Of a DNA stretch of 64,000 nt, positions 48,701 to 60,920 are shown in pieces. The translations under genes were made by a program, and so were the position numbers. The first letter of the stretch is position 1. Each line of letters opens with the position of its first letter. The stretch lies in the NCBI GenBank assembly GCA_026914245.1, contig CP110439.1, forward strand, positions 5,022,001 to 5,086,000, written 5' to 3'. Below the pieces are notes generated by a model. It did not search any database, was not told where the DNA came from, and saw only the letters and a list, made by a program, of their open reading frames with translations. Origin of the DNA: Puccinia triticina (lineage: Eukaryota).

Positions 48701-50284
48701 TGCAGCGAATCCTGGAGAATGACTGTCCCCCCAGCATGCCGATGTGTCTTGTCATCGTAGGAATCGTCCGTCGGTCCAGCCCATCCTCATCATCGGCCAT
48801 CCAGGGCGGCCCGACGGTTCCAGAGATCCTCGAGCTCAGCGACGGCTGGTACCGCATCAAGGCCCATCTGGACCCGGTCTTGTTGCGCGTGTTGAGAAGG
48901 GGGGGTCTGCGGGTGGGGTTCAAGCTGGCGATCAGCGGGGCCACGACCGAGGCTCCACCTCCGGTGGCGACGACGGCTCTGAACAAGACCCCGGGGGAGA
49001 AGAAGAAGCGGGCGCCGGTGAAGGAGACAGAGGATGAAGGAGAAGACGAGGCGTGCTTGTATCTCGAGGGAAACGCGACCGCCCGGGCCCGCTGGCATGA
49101 GCCTCTCGGGCTCCGCCCCCGCCCCTGGATCGCCGCCCTCCGCTCCCTCTCCCACGACGGCGGAAGGATCCCGCTCCTCGACATCGTCATCGTCAAGCTC
49201 TTCCCGCCTATGTTCGTCGACCAGGAGGGTCGCATGGGGCGGTGGGGGATCGCCGAGGAGAACATGCTCCAGCTGGCCTGGGAGGTGCGTGTCCCCTCTC
49301 CTCCCCTCACCCATCCCACTCGCCTTAATCAAATTATTCTTATCTTGCGGGATCCTTGTTTGTGTAGAAAGAGCGGGAGAAAGAGGCCGACAACGTCGCA
49401 CAGGAGCAGGAAAAGGAGCTCGAGAAGATCCAGCTCGTCGCCGACCTCGTCGCTACTGTCCATGCCGCTAAGAGCGATGGCAAACGACGCTCGTCGGGCG
49501 GCGACAAGAGCGCAGAAGAAGAACGGTCGTCTCTCGAGGACGCTGCGTTTGATGGTCTGTCCTTTCCCCTCTCACAAAGAGCACTCCGCGCCCAACACTC
49601 GGCCCCCGTGAATGCTAAAATGGAACATTTATGCGCCCGGTGTAGCGGATGATTTGTGTGAAGAGTTGCTCGAGGACGAGGTGTCCAGCGACGCACTGAC
49701 GCATCTCTCGGGCGCCCAACTCGTCCAGCTGCGCGAGTCGGCGCAAAGACGCTACGACGCGTTCCGGAGCACCGCGGCCGACGAGGGACGAAAGATGCTC
49801 GACGTGAGCGCCTCTTTTCCTCGCCCCCACTTCCCCGACATACGATCTTGATGAAGTGTTCTTTTTTTCGGGGGGGATGGGACAGATGCGGGTGCCGCCG
49901 AGGAGGACGCGCCACGTCCAGCAACTCTCCGTCATCGACTTCCACGTCTCCAACGCCGCTTCTCGGACGACGATGACGATGGCGGGGAGACTGGTGGGCC
50001 AGATATCGGTGCAAGACTTATCGCTGCTTCCCGAGCAGTTCTTGAAGGAAGGATGTCGCTACTGGGTCCGTCCTCCACCCCGCCGTCCCCCCGCGCCGCC
50101 ACTGACCTTTTTCTCTTGTCTGTTTTGTCCGGTGCGTGTGTAAAAGGTCGAGAACCTCCAGCCGTCGCGCAGCGCCCGCTGGGACGTCTGCGCTCGGACG
50201 AAGACCGCCCGGCCTGAGCTGCGCGAGATCAACTTGTCCACGAGGCGCGATACCCGGTGGACCAGCATCGCCTTGGACGCTTAA
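45784..50284 (+). CDS. BRH2: BRCA2 homolog (Brh2), multi-exon
   Basis: BRC repeats FGFQTARGTPVAPPSKDAMRKALDI and LFSTASGTPIHIPISAIERARAHL. PhePP-like SFVTPFKK, helical domain WVANHWALIVWKLA, OB1 YEREF...LELSDGWYRIKA, tower/OB2 ...RYWVENLQP...LSTRRDTRW. GT-AG introns throughout. Confidence 0.92.
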
Positions 50285-52087
50285 GAACGCATCCTTTCCT
50301 CTCCCCTCCCTGTATCATTTCCTCCCTTAATACTCCCCCGGCGCATTTGTGCGTCCCAGGGGCGCTCTTGGGGATTTGTCCCCAGGACGCATCCCCTCAC
50401 CACGGAAATGTAGCCAAAAACTCGACTAACGTCGGCATTCCCCAGCTGGCCTGGAGGCACACTTGCTCCTGCTGCACCCTGCCGCCGCGTGTTGGGCCGC
50501 AAGTTGTTGGCTGTGTGTCCCCAATGTGCCCATGAGCCTTCCCTGGCCCTGCATCACGCTGGTGGGTTGCCACCTGTGGAAAATCTGTGTTGGCCACAGC
50601 CCAACCACAGGATGACATGAGGGGCAGAGTTGGATGGAGGATATTCGCGGTGCGGGAGGCTCAGTGAACAATACAGGTAGGGTCCATTACATCTCACTCA
50701 TGTTGACCAGACCCCGTACATAGGCTCAAAACTCCCTTGGCCTAGGCTATCTGTAGGAGGAATGTAGTCTAATGTAGTCGATTGGCAGATTAATGATAAT
50801 ACATACATACAAAAAGAAAGAAAGAAATAAATATGTACTTGTTCTGCCCTCACGTTGTAAGCAACAGCCTCATACAAATCATCATCTTTGTAATGTATCT
50901 AAATGAGTGCCGCATTTTGAAATGCTTCATTTTTCCCAGCAATGTGTTACGTACGTTAATAAAAGCTTCCTTGCGTTGATTAGAACAAGCTGGGTCTGGT
51001 GAGGTCTGGTGAATGAACCGGGGTACGTAACATTTCTCTGGATACGCTTTTCCAAATGGCAAACTGTGCTCTCATGGTTTGTACCCCCAAGCATGGTTTG
51101 TAAATATTTGTCCAGCCTGACAACGTCCAGGGGGGACCCTTCACCGCAAGGCAATGCCGACCCACACCGCATTCATGCTTCCTAGGAGCCCTGTCCATGG
51201 TACTGGTCGCTGATACTGGTGGTGGCAAGGCAGCAGGCAGTGGGCATGTGGTACATAATCAATACCGACGCTGAGGATCTAAATTCTAATCGTGCCAGAT
51301 CGTGCCCCAAATTGCAATGTATTTATGTATCAAATTCAGAATTGCTCACCTCCGACTCGGTGAACCGTTGGTTTAAATCATACTGTATACCCCATTCCTC
51401 TCAAAACTCAAACTTTACACGGGCTAGTTCCTTCCGAGTGCCCAAACTTTGCTAGGAAGCATGTATCAATTCATCGTTGTTGCCTTTGTATTGTGCACCC
51501 ATCGTCACGCATTTACACTTTGGACCGAAGAGGATGTATTCAAATGTAATTTGATAGGATCTGATGTATTGAAGCCGATTAAACAAGTAATTCCAGACCT
51601 CTGGGAAGAAGTCCCAGAGTTGTATGCAGGATGGCTTCGCTGATACCCATGCTCCATACTCAATGAACCATTTACGCTGGATATGTATTTACGCATCAGA
51701 ATTGTATTCCGCCCGGCGAGTTTTCAAGAACTCGTGCAGAGCGCGCCAACCTTCTGGCAAATGTGAAAATGGCGGGGGCAGTGCTGGGCAGTGTCAAGCT
51801 CCACTGGTGTCTGTGGGTATCTTCAGCGTCGCCAGGCGTCGCCGCCACGACCAGGCAGCTATACAACAGATTTATTACTTAGTTATTCCTTTTTTTAAGC
51901 AGCTTGCCAAGAATCCGACTTCGGTTAGCCTATGGTGCCGCCCAAGTGGATTGATTGACGTACTCGGCATACATAATACGCTTCGGACGATCCCCTCCCT
52001 CAACTGCTGGATTTCGGCCAACGCGTTCTCCTCCAAAACACGATAGCTCCTTGTGACCGGGCAGGCAGCGCCCCCAGTGGTATACAA

Positions 52088-53591
52088 ATGATGAACCCCC
52101 CACGCAACATTACCTTGCCCCCCCAGGACTTGGCGCATCCCGCACATCCCACCTCTTGCCGCCATTCTTGTTGCCAGCAAGAGTCGCGAGACCAGAAGGC
52201 TTATCAGCCCACCCGAAACTCACAGTATCCCAGTCCAACTAGCGCCATGGAGGCGCCAAGGTCTGCGGATACCTCTCATGGATCACTCCCGTCTGGCAGT
52301 CCAGTATCTCCCAACGAGCCCGTGTACAAGTATGCTTCGGCGTCCTCCAGTGAGGCCTCTCCCCGTGCAGAATAGTATGTTGAATTTTTTTCTATTTCCG
52401 AATGGGCCACTCCTTGCTTGCTTGTGAGCCTCGAGTTGAGAAATATTCGCTGCAAATAACTCATTGTCTGTTTGATCCACCCGCAGCACCTATTCTTTGA
52501 AGATCGTACAACAGCCCATACATTCCCGCATGGTAGGAAGTGGAGACAAGGCCGATCGGTGAGTATTGGTTTTATTATTCACCATTTGTTGAGTGGGATT
52601 GGCTTGCTGACTTGTGCCTCTCTCTCTCGATTGGGCGATAAATTTACTGATTGGCTATTTCCTGTATGGAAATCCATCATCAGTCGACCCCTCGATCCTC
52701 CGCCGGTCTTGAAGTTCGAGGTGTCGCAGTCTGCGAACGCGAGTCAGTCGAGTGTAGACCTCACTTTACTACGCTCGCCGTACTTCATGTGCTACTGCAC
52801 TTTATGTGAAGCCACTGCACCCTATAAAGAACTCTACGGGATTCCACATACAAATAAGTCGTACATGGTCGGCAGTATCGTCTCTTCCATGTTCCAGCTT
52901 CGGGCGGGCAAAAAGACCAGCGGAATAACCGAGGGACATTACTTTGTCTTTCACGACGTAGGAGTACGCGTTGAGGGAGCCTATCGCTTCAAGTTCAGTG
53001 TGTCAGTCAATGCTTCTTTTTTCTTCATCGCCAGAGGCTTCGGTTCATGTTTTTCAGCAAGCACTTGATGACTAAAGCCCCATCATTTTTGTGTACAGAT
53101 ACGAAATCGTGGACCGTAAGGTCTATCTTTGCAAATCGACCATGAGCGAAAAATTTCGAGTCTATCCGGCCAAGAGCTTCCCGGGCATGGATACGTCGAC
53201 CGACATCTCGAACCTGTTCGCTTCCCAAGGCATGAGGATGAGGGTGAGAACCAAGAACCTAAACGTGCCCGTCTTGAACGAGAATTTCAAGGCAGTGGCG
53301 GCTGGTTCGAAAAAGACACAACGCAAGAGAAGGATATCCGAAGACGATAGTGAGAAGGCCATCTCCCCACGACATCCAGTCCAACCTCCCCAGCTGGCGA
53401 GTGACAACCAACCTCACTTTTACCCCTTCCCGCCCGCCATTAAATCTCTGTCCCCCCCTCAACTCTGTCCAAGGCTGGAAGGAAACAGGAAAAAAATGAA
53501 GCTTCCTTCTGTGGAAGGGTTTCTAAAGGGCGAGAAACCCGAATCGGTCTCACGAAACTCTCTTTGGTTAAAAGATCCGCCAAGTAGATAA
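52088..53591 (+). CDS. Velvet-domain transcription regulator (VosA/VelC-like), 4 exons
   Basis: YSLKIVQQPIHSRMVGSGDKADR/RPLDPPPVL...YFVFHDVGVRVEGAYRFKFSV/YE...FRVYPAKSFPGMDTSTDISNLFASQGMRMRVR. Frames join across GT-AG introns. Confidence 0.92.
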
Positions 53592-54710
53592 TCTTCTCCA
53601 CCATCCCTCTCTTCTTATTCTTGCCGGCACGATTGTCTCACCGTCAATCTCGGTCCATTCTAGTACTACATGAACCAATCATCGTGTTGAGACCCCGCCC
53701 TCCACTTGATTATCTTGTCTAGATTGTACAATCTTTGCCTCGACATATGGGCCTTCACATGTAAATACAAGAATGGCTCAAATTATAGCAAGATATGATA
53801 CCAATCTACCTAATTTATGTCTCTTGACTCTGTCGATATCCAAACCACTATGCTCTGTTCTGGAATCATCTTCTACATATGTCTTATGCTTCCTTATAAA
53901 ATAGTACTACATCCTTGAAGGTGATTATACAAAACAAATCTTTGATAAACAAAATCCTTTGAGCTTATCATTATTGAGAGGAAAAAGTCAAAAGAGAGAA
54001 TCACAGCAGATGCTTATCTGATCACAAACAGCAATATAAAACAACAGTCTGCCTGGTCAAATTCCTCTCAACATAAAATGTCCAACCTCTTTGGTAAGCA
54101 TTCACAAAGATACAGGAGGAAAATAAACAGTACTGAGGACTCATGAGAGTCAGCTTTCAATTCTCTCCAGAACCAACTGGTCTTCACACTGTTGACTATG
54201 GCCTGGGTTAGATCAGGGGATAAACATACCCTTGTGAAGTTGCAAATGCACATGCATGCCCTAACTGAAGGCAAATCCCCAACTTGGTGCACCCTGGTAA
54301 AGCCGAGGCTTGTGTGAAGGGCAAGCATCCAAAGGAGTGACTTGCAACTAAGATGTAAAATCTGGCCTGGGCCCTGAGGCTAGAAGCTGGGGACCTTTCT
54401 GTGAGGAACCATTTACCAACAAATTCACCCCTCCAAAATAGACCCTCTGGCTGGTTTGCTTATAAGCCAAGAGGCCAAAATTTCCCCAGTCATTATGCCA
54501 TCTACCCATTTGCCTTCTGCATTATCATTTTCCCATAGTGGATCCACAATATCCTTGAAAAAAATCATCAGGACATCCATAAATTTGCCTCTGTATCTAG
54601 CTCAACAAAGCCTCCCAAGAACTTCCTGGCAAGCACCATGTGCAGATTATATGTGAGAATTATACCCAATAAAAGGGGGCTCACACATGAAGATATGAGG
54701 TTGAGGTGTA

Positions 54711-54845
54711 TCCAAGTTTATTAAAGACAGCAAAACATAGAATTCAGGATCAAGGGTTCCCCCTATTTTTGAATAATCCAAGTTTATTAAAGACAGCAAA
54801 ACATAGAATTCAGGATCAAGGGTTCCCCCTATTTTTGAATAATCA
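54711..54845. repeat. Perfect 66-bp tandem duplication
   Basis: TCCAAGTTTATTAAAGACAGC...TTTTTGAATAA occurs twice. Confidence 0.9.
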
Positions 54846-57662
54846 ATAAAACAAAAAAAGGGGCCACTAAGTTTTTTTACAACATTGTTACATAGTTGCA
54901 TATTTAATACCCACAATTTAACACAAAAAATAAGAAAAACTTGTGAATTGTCCCTTCCTGCCTAGCAGGTTTAAAAGACAAAACACGGATGACCCCCAGC
55001 GCGCGCAGTTAAGGCATTATGCAAAAGGGGGGTCACCATTATGTATATCCCCTTGGACTGCGCAAGTGCAACAGCGGAGGGGTGTGAGCCAAGTGAAGCA
55101 CTCGGCTGGGGAATCAACCCTCACGCTGGCCACTCACCTCTTTATATACTCGACATGCACTCAAACACCGCCAAGTGGATATTCCTATTGCAACCCGTGA
55201 CAACCCTGCCTTTGGTTTCTAACTCTCCTCAGCCACGCCAAATACATTCATGAGCCTATCCCAACTGATCAATCAGTACATCGCCCAAGTCTGCCAACCC
55301 CTTTCCCCAAAAGTCCGCGTTTTCAACTAATCTCTCACTTGATCCGCCCTTCAAGTGACCCTCAAGACGCCCAGGCTTCCCACAAGTTACTGTTCTCACG
55401 TCCCAAAGCCCCGGCAAACAATTCAGATACCCAAATTTTCCCTGTACAAGCCTTTTGTCTTGGCTTCTGCATCTTGCGATCCCCCAACCTCGCCGTTCAA
55501 GACGTATCAGACCCGGCCGCTTTGGGCCGGAAGTATTGTATTGAATATATCCAATATCCCACTTGGCCTGTATCTACACACCCGGGCAAATCGGCAAAAG
55601 CGCCTGCGCCCACCTGACGCTTCAGTCGTACATGCGCCAGGTGGGCGGTACAGTACGCCAGGATGACCAGGTTGGCATACTGACGCCACCATTTCACGCT
55701 TGGGGTCGTGAGGGCCGTGGGGGCGCCAGTATAGGCCGCAGGTGGACAGCTGCCCTTGACACCATCAGTCCGGCGCCCGTGGGCGATGCCACCCAAGCGT
55801 CTTGGTTGGGGCGGCTTCCTATGGTGGCGTCAGGTAAGGACGCTGCCGTTTCGCACCGGTCATGATCGCGCCGGTGATAGATGCCATGAGCGCTGCGCCA
55901 CACAGTGGCCACACAGATGCCAAGCAGTCGGCCTCGACTGCTTGGCGCCACGTGTACGCAAGGACTCACGAGCTCGACGGGATGCGCCGGCCAGTGAGCA
56001 GGCCGGTGGTTTGATCACCCATTTCTCCGCGGTGGCGCCGCAGTATGTAGTGATGCTGTGGAGCCGCAACACACACCAATCACCCACTTAGGGCTACCCC
56101 CATCACCCACTAGGGGAACTTGGCTATATAACCCGCTCCGTTTCGGCTCTTCTGTGCCACCCCTCAAGCCCACTTGATGTGCCCCCATCCCACCACCGCT
56201 GCAGCCTCTTCACCGACAACCATCACTCTCTGCTCATCTCCCCCTTGTCTTCCCCTCCGCTTCCTCCCTGATCCTCACTATACAAGCCCTCACCAAAGGT
56301 CATCCCGGATCCCCCCCCCCCACCACATCTAATATGCCATCACTGGCTGAGCCCGCTGATTCACAAGTCTACTACTAACGGGGACCGTCTCAAAAGATAT
56401 CACGGATCAGCTTCTAAATTACAGTTCAGCATCAATGTGCACAAGGCTACTGGAATTCTCGCAGGCAACAACGAGGCACAACAACGAGCCCGCGGACAAA
56501 TCCCTTTCGCCTAAACCAAGCTCGGAAGCTTGGAAGCTCGGAGGGGATGATGTGAAGCCCCGGCTTCCACTTAAGGCAACGGCCGCTCCTCCGGGTCATA
56601 AGGTATCGCCCTCTGCAGTCTCTTCTACACTTCTGGCCGCTCTCGGTCTTCTTTTCTTCGCTACTCTTAGTCAAATATCCTAGTCTGTTGTTCGCCGCTC
56701 TCGGCCCGATATCCCTTATGCGAGCCGTTCACGGCCTTCTGTATTATCTCTCTTTCTCTTGTTATCTCGAAGCATGTACATTAGTTTACCAAATCCAGCC
56801 CGGACTTCTCCAAGTCCGGCCTTCCTTTGTATCTTCTCGAATCCCTCACGAGCTCATCCAATGAGTCTCCTCTATTCTTATCTTCTCTCTATCTCTTCCT
56901 ATTGTCGAGCCGTCTCATCCCTTGGTCTATAAATAGACCACCTTCTCCCTGCAATGGATCAGCAACTAAGTTTGCTTGCACCTTTCCCGCTCTTGAAACC
57001 GGCGAGCATCACAACGTGAGCCTCCTGCTATTTGCCTGCGGCTGCTCTGCTGGTCGTGGCCCCAGACCGCGGCGGTGACACCCCTTGCTGTCGTCTCATC
57101 GCATTCTTGCCAGGCGCCGGGGGCGACGCAGGCCACATGTACCGCGCCCTTCAAAACACCCTCCTCACACCCTTCCTCGGCATCCCCAACGTTCCTACAC
57201 GGCGCGGATGAGGACAGCATCAGGCGGACAGGGCCGACATCATGCGAACGACCTCAGCGGGCGTGCGCCCGTCGTGATTTTGCCACACGCCTCTGCGTCG
57301 CAAGTCATAGGTGTCGTCCAATGGTTGTATGGGGGGCGCCTGACCTGTACGACATATGAACAGTGGGTGGCGACGCCCAGCCTACATGTGGCAAAATCAC
57401 GACATGCAGGCGTAAATCTCTTGCAGAGGCAGCCGGGCGCCACGGAGGACGATCGGTGGGCAACCCACTTGTCCCGGTGTGTACCACCCCTTAAGAAGCC
57501 CTTCTCCTCGGCGTCTGCGCCCCACACAACTACCATCTGCCACAGTATGTCACAAGCCAACCAGAAGCTCAATGCCCCAGTCTCCCAGAAGCTCAACGCC
57601 CCAGTCTCATCCAGCGCATCCTCCATCAGCCCCGACAGTTCTGCAAGCAACCTTGTGGCGCA

Positions 57663-58076
57663 ATGCTGATCGGGGACGCGGGCTATCCAGAGAACTTCAG
57701 AATTTTCTTGCCGTACCCGTCGGTGCAAACCCAAAGAAACCGCGACTTCAACTACGTACAATCCTCCACGCGAACAATAGTCAAACAAACCTTTGGCAAG
57801 CTGAAAAACCGGTTCCGCATCCTCTTGAGGGCTCAGGCAGCTTGGCCTATTCGTGCACGCAACAATGTTTTTGCGTGTACGATATTACACAATCTTCTCA
57901 ACCGCCGGGGCACCCTCTACCTTCAGGACTGGGACATCCACACCACCAAGGAAAATGACCTTGGCACAATATTCCCGCAGGAACCCGTGCCCGGTGCCCG
58001 CCAATGATCAGGGTCCCCTGCCCCACATTAACTCTATGTGGACGCGCAGGGACCAGATCAGGGATGAGTTATGCTA
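57663..58076 (+). pseudogene. PIF/Harbinger transposase (DDE_Tnp_4), C-terminal fragment
   Basis: LIGDAGYP...FNYVQSSTRTIVKQTFGKLKNRFRIL...ACTILHN; the catalytic E is decayed to K. Confidence 0.85.
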
Positions 58077-58247
58077 ATCTTATTGCAAGGAGTTCGGTCC
58101 TCTTGTAACTAGGCTAAAGAAAACAAACAAATACGGACCTCTTGTAACTAGACTAAAGAAAACTAACAAATAATGGTATGTTGATATCATCACCGCGGCG
58201 TGCGCATCTGCATACATAAGGAGTATGAACCGTCCAAACCAAGTCAC

Positions 58248-58515
58248 CTACGGGGCGCCGCGCGACCCTAGAGAGCTGATGAAGGCAAGCATAGTGGCCT
58301 GGTGAGCATGGCGGATGAGCTCTTGCCGTTCTTGATTAGCCTCATAGCGACACATCTCTTCTGCGCGCCTCTCGATGTCCGCCTGCTACTTAGCCTTCCG
58401 GTCCTCGTCACGCTGGCGCTCTCGGGCCTCGGCTATGTCACGGTCCCGGCGGAGCTGCAGAAGATTGGCCTCACGCTTGTGCTTTGCCTGGGCCAACGCG
58501 TCTTGGCGTCTCAAG
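58248..58515 (-). pseudogene. Coiled-coil 3' end of probable Harbinger second ORF, convergent with the transposase
   Basis: Minus-strand reading QDALAQAKHKREANLLQLRRDRDIAEARERQRDEDRKAK*...QATMLAFISSLGSRGAP*. Assignment is inferred from position. Confidence 0.5.
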
Positions 58516-58542
58516 ATACCTCTTGGCTTTCTATATCAAAAG

Positions 58543-59118
58543 GCACTTGAGCGGGTACCATCCAATATCCGTCGAGATGGTGAGTTTCTTGAATGTCTGA
58601 CCCAGCAATGATCAAAGAGATCATCAACGCTATCACAATCCCCATCAGTATTATCCTACGCTCTTCTTTATTCCAGAACTACAGCCGTATCCATTGTCAC
58701 CCCCAAACTTACTTTTGACCTCCCCCCTTCTAGGTCATGGCCAAAGCCCGGATTGGACATTTTGTCAAAGCACACATCTTGCAAGCCATCGGAGTCAATT
58801 ATATTGATGAATCCAAATTCCTCACTCCAGCCAACCCTGAGCACCACATCAACAAACATGCCTCCAAAGTCCCATTTGTCTGTGGAGCCAAGAACCTCGG
58901 AGAAGCCCTGCGAAGAATCTCAGAGGGTGCCGCAATGATCCAAACTAAAGGTGAGGCCGGAACAGGAAACGTGATTGAAGTGAGTTTTGGTTTGATTCAA
59001 TTTTTTTCTGATCATTGTCTTCTTCAATTTCAAAATTGCTTGACCCCCAGCCAGAAGTCATTGAGCATTCCAGTCTTTCCGTGTGCTCAATTCCCCCTTT
59101 GAAAAGGTCAAAGAGACC
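58543..59118 (+). pseudogene. PDX1: Pyridoxal-phosphate synthase PDX1/SNZ1 internal fragment, decayed
   Basis: [34 protein letters not shown]...[41 protein letters not shown]. Both termini missing; D>N, E>K and R>Q changes at conserved sites. Confidence 0.9.
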
Positions 59119-59503
59119 AACTCAGGCGTCATCTGACCCTCATGGAATTTACCACTGTTCCCAGCTTGTGTGGCCTGGCCCAAAGTCCATATGATCTCCA
59201 TGGGGAGCATCATTGTTGGTGACAGCTGGCAAATCAGCCTCCTGCAACCCCTTTGAGGGAAGTAGTTGCAATGGAACAATCCCAGGACCCAAACTGAGAT
59301 AACTCCACCAATAAAAAGAGTCTGATTGGATTCCAGCACAGATGATAGAATGAATAATAATCAATTGTGACTGAAGCATGTTGTGCAATGCCAAAAGGCA
59401 GTAGTGGCAGCATTGGCCTGCTACTTTCTTAACTTTTCCAAGATCTAAAAAATTAATTGGCATAAAGCACTTAGATTTCTTGTACTTTGGGTGGGTTCTT
59501 GGT

Positions 59504-59604
59504 TGCTGTAGTGTGAGGTGTGCAAACTCCACATTTGGAGTATGTGGGAGTCAAGAGGAGGTCAGGTAGGAGCAATGGAGGATCAAGGGTTTCTAGCCAC
59601 AACA
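59504..59604 (+). mobile_element. Diverged solo LTR related to Copia D
   Basis: Similar to the reverse complement of 35355-35453 (shared CAAACTCCACATTTGGAGTAT and CAAGAGGAGGT). Flanks TTGGT/TAGGT. Confidence 0.8.
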
Positions 59605-60920
59605 TAGGTGATTTAAATTTGTGAGCTGCAGTATTCTTTCATGTTTTTGTTTTTTGCTCCTTGGAAAAGAATTCCTATGAAAACCAGAGATGCTGTATGT
59701 GGTTTAATTGATTACCACATGCCAATGCCATCTTCTCCACATTTTGCTTACCTCATCATCATGTTTAATTATACTCTTGGATAATATTGGTCAACTTTTT
59801 CCTTGATTTATTTCAAAGTAAGAATAATTTTGTGCCAATTCTTACCAGGAAAATGATCAGACTTAGATGTCCATGGACCACTTCCTAATACTGGGGGTAG
59901 GATTGTGCAAAGGATTGTGTGAATGTGAGGCTAAGATAGACAATAGTAGGGCTGTACCCCGCAGCGGCGCAGCCGCCTTAGCCTCTAGTATTTCTATATT
60001 TCTTGTTTCTGAACTCCGTTTCTCATGATGGCAGCAAGCCTGCTCAGGGAACAAGCACTGCTTGATAGGGAATCAATCCCTCTCTTCAGTTTTTGATTTC
60101 CATTTTTTGGACATGCTCTAATTACCCAGTGATGTTGACTTTCTCCACTGCTTTTTGTTATTTTTGCCCAAAGAAAGTCTCAAAAGCTGGCTTGCCAAGA
60201 CCAAATTTTTTGATTTTGGAGAAGTCTACACATATGGGGTTGTGATATTGAGGCCCCATTTGGACACACACGTGATACGTGATAAACAGGCAAATTTATC
60301 ACATGTGACCCAAAGTTTGCCCCTTGTCTCCACCAAAATTATTGAACCACCAGGGGTTGTGTGTGATAAATACGCACAATTATCACACATAAAATGGCAT
60401 CTAAAAAGAGCTTGCATTTTGTTGAAATCCAAAATCCAAGCTTTGAAACAGGGAAAACATTATGATTGGAGCAGAGTAAATGTGGATACACAAAGAAGAA
60501 GCTCAGGATTAAAGGCCTCAGAACTCCTCTGATTGGGTTGTTGGAGATATCTTTCCTGAGGCATGGAATGTGGTTTACACCAAAACTGCAACATCCTCAC
60601 ATGCAAGACACTTGCAGGCTATAATTCCCTCTCCCTGTGGTTGAGGGTTGTGATGCACATCTCAAAAAGGTTAAAGGTTCCCTTTCTTGCCAGAAATAAA
60701 AAAGGAACTTGGATAAGCTATCCTCTGTATGCATCTCAAAATTTAATCCTCATGAACTGGAATATATCCAAGTCTATTAAAACCAGAGTTTTGTGGAAAA
60801 CATACCTTGACAGATTTCCCTGATATCTCAAGTTCCCCAGGATCATCTTCAATCAACTCTTACTCCTATCAATTCACTTAACAAACCTTATCCTCCCACC
60901 ACCCAAGCATCTTTAGAATC

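Noticed and set aside
48465..50014. Long minus-strand ORFs (284, 203 and 224 aa)
   Set aside because: Antisense shadows of GC-rich BRCA2 exons with no recognisable motifs.
54950..57660. Possible solo LTR (~56350-57012) and GC-rich TE fragments
   Set aside because: TATA-like motif and a TCACA end are present, but no matching start or TSD was found.
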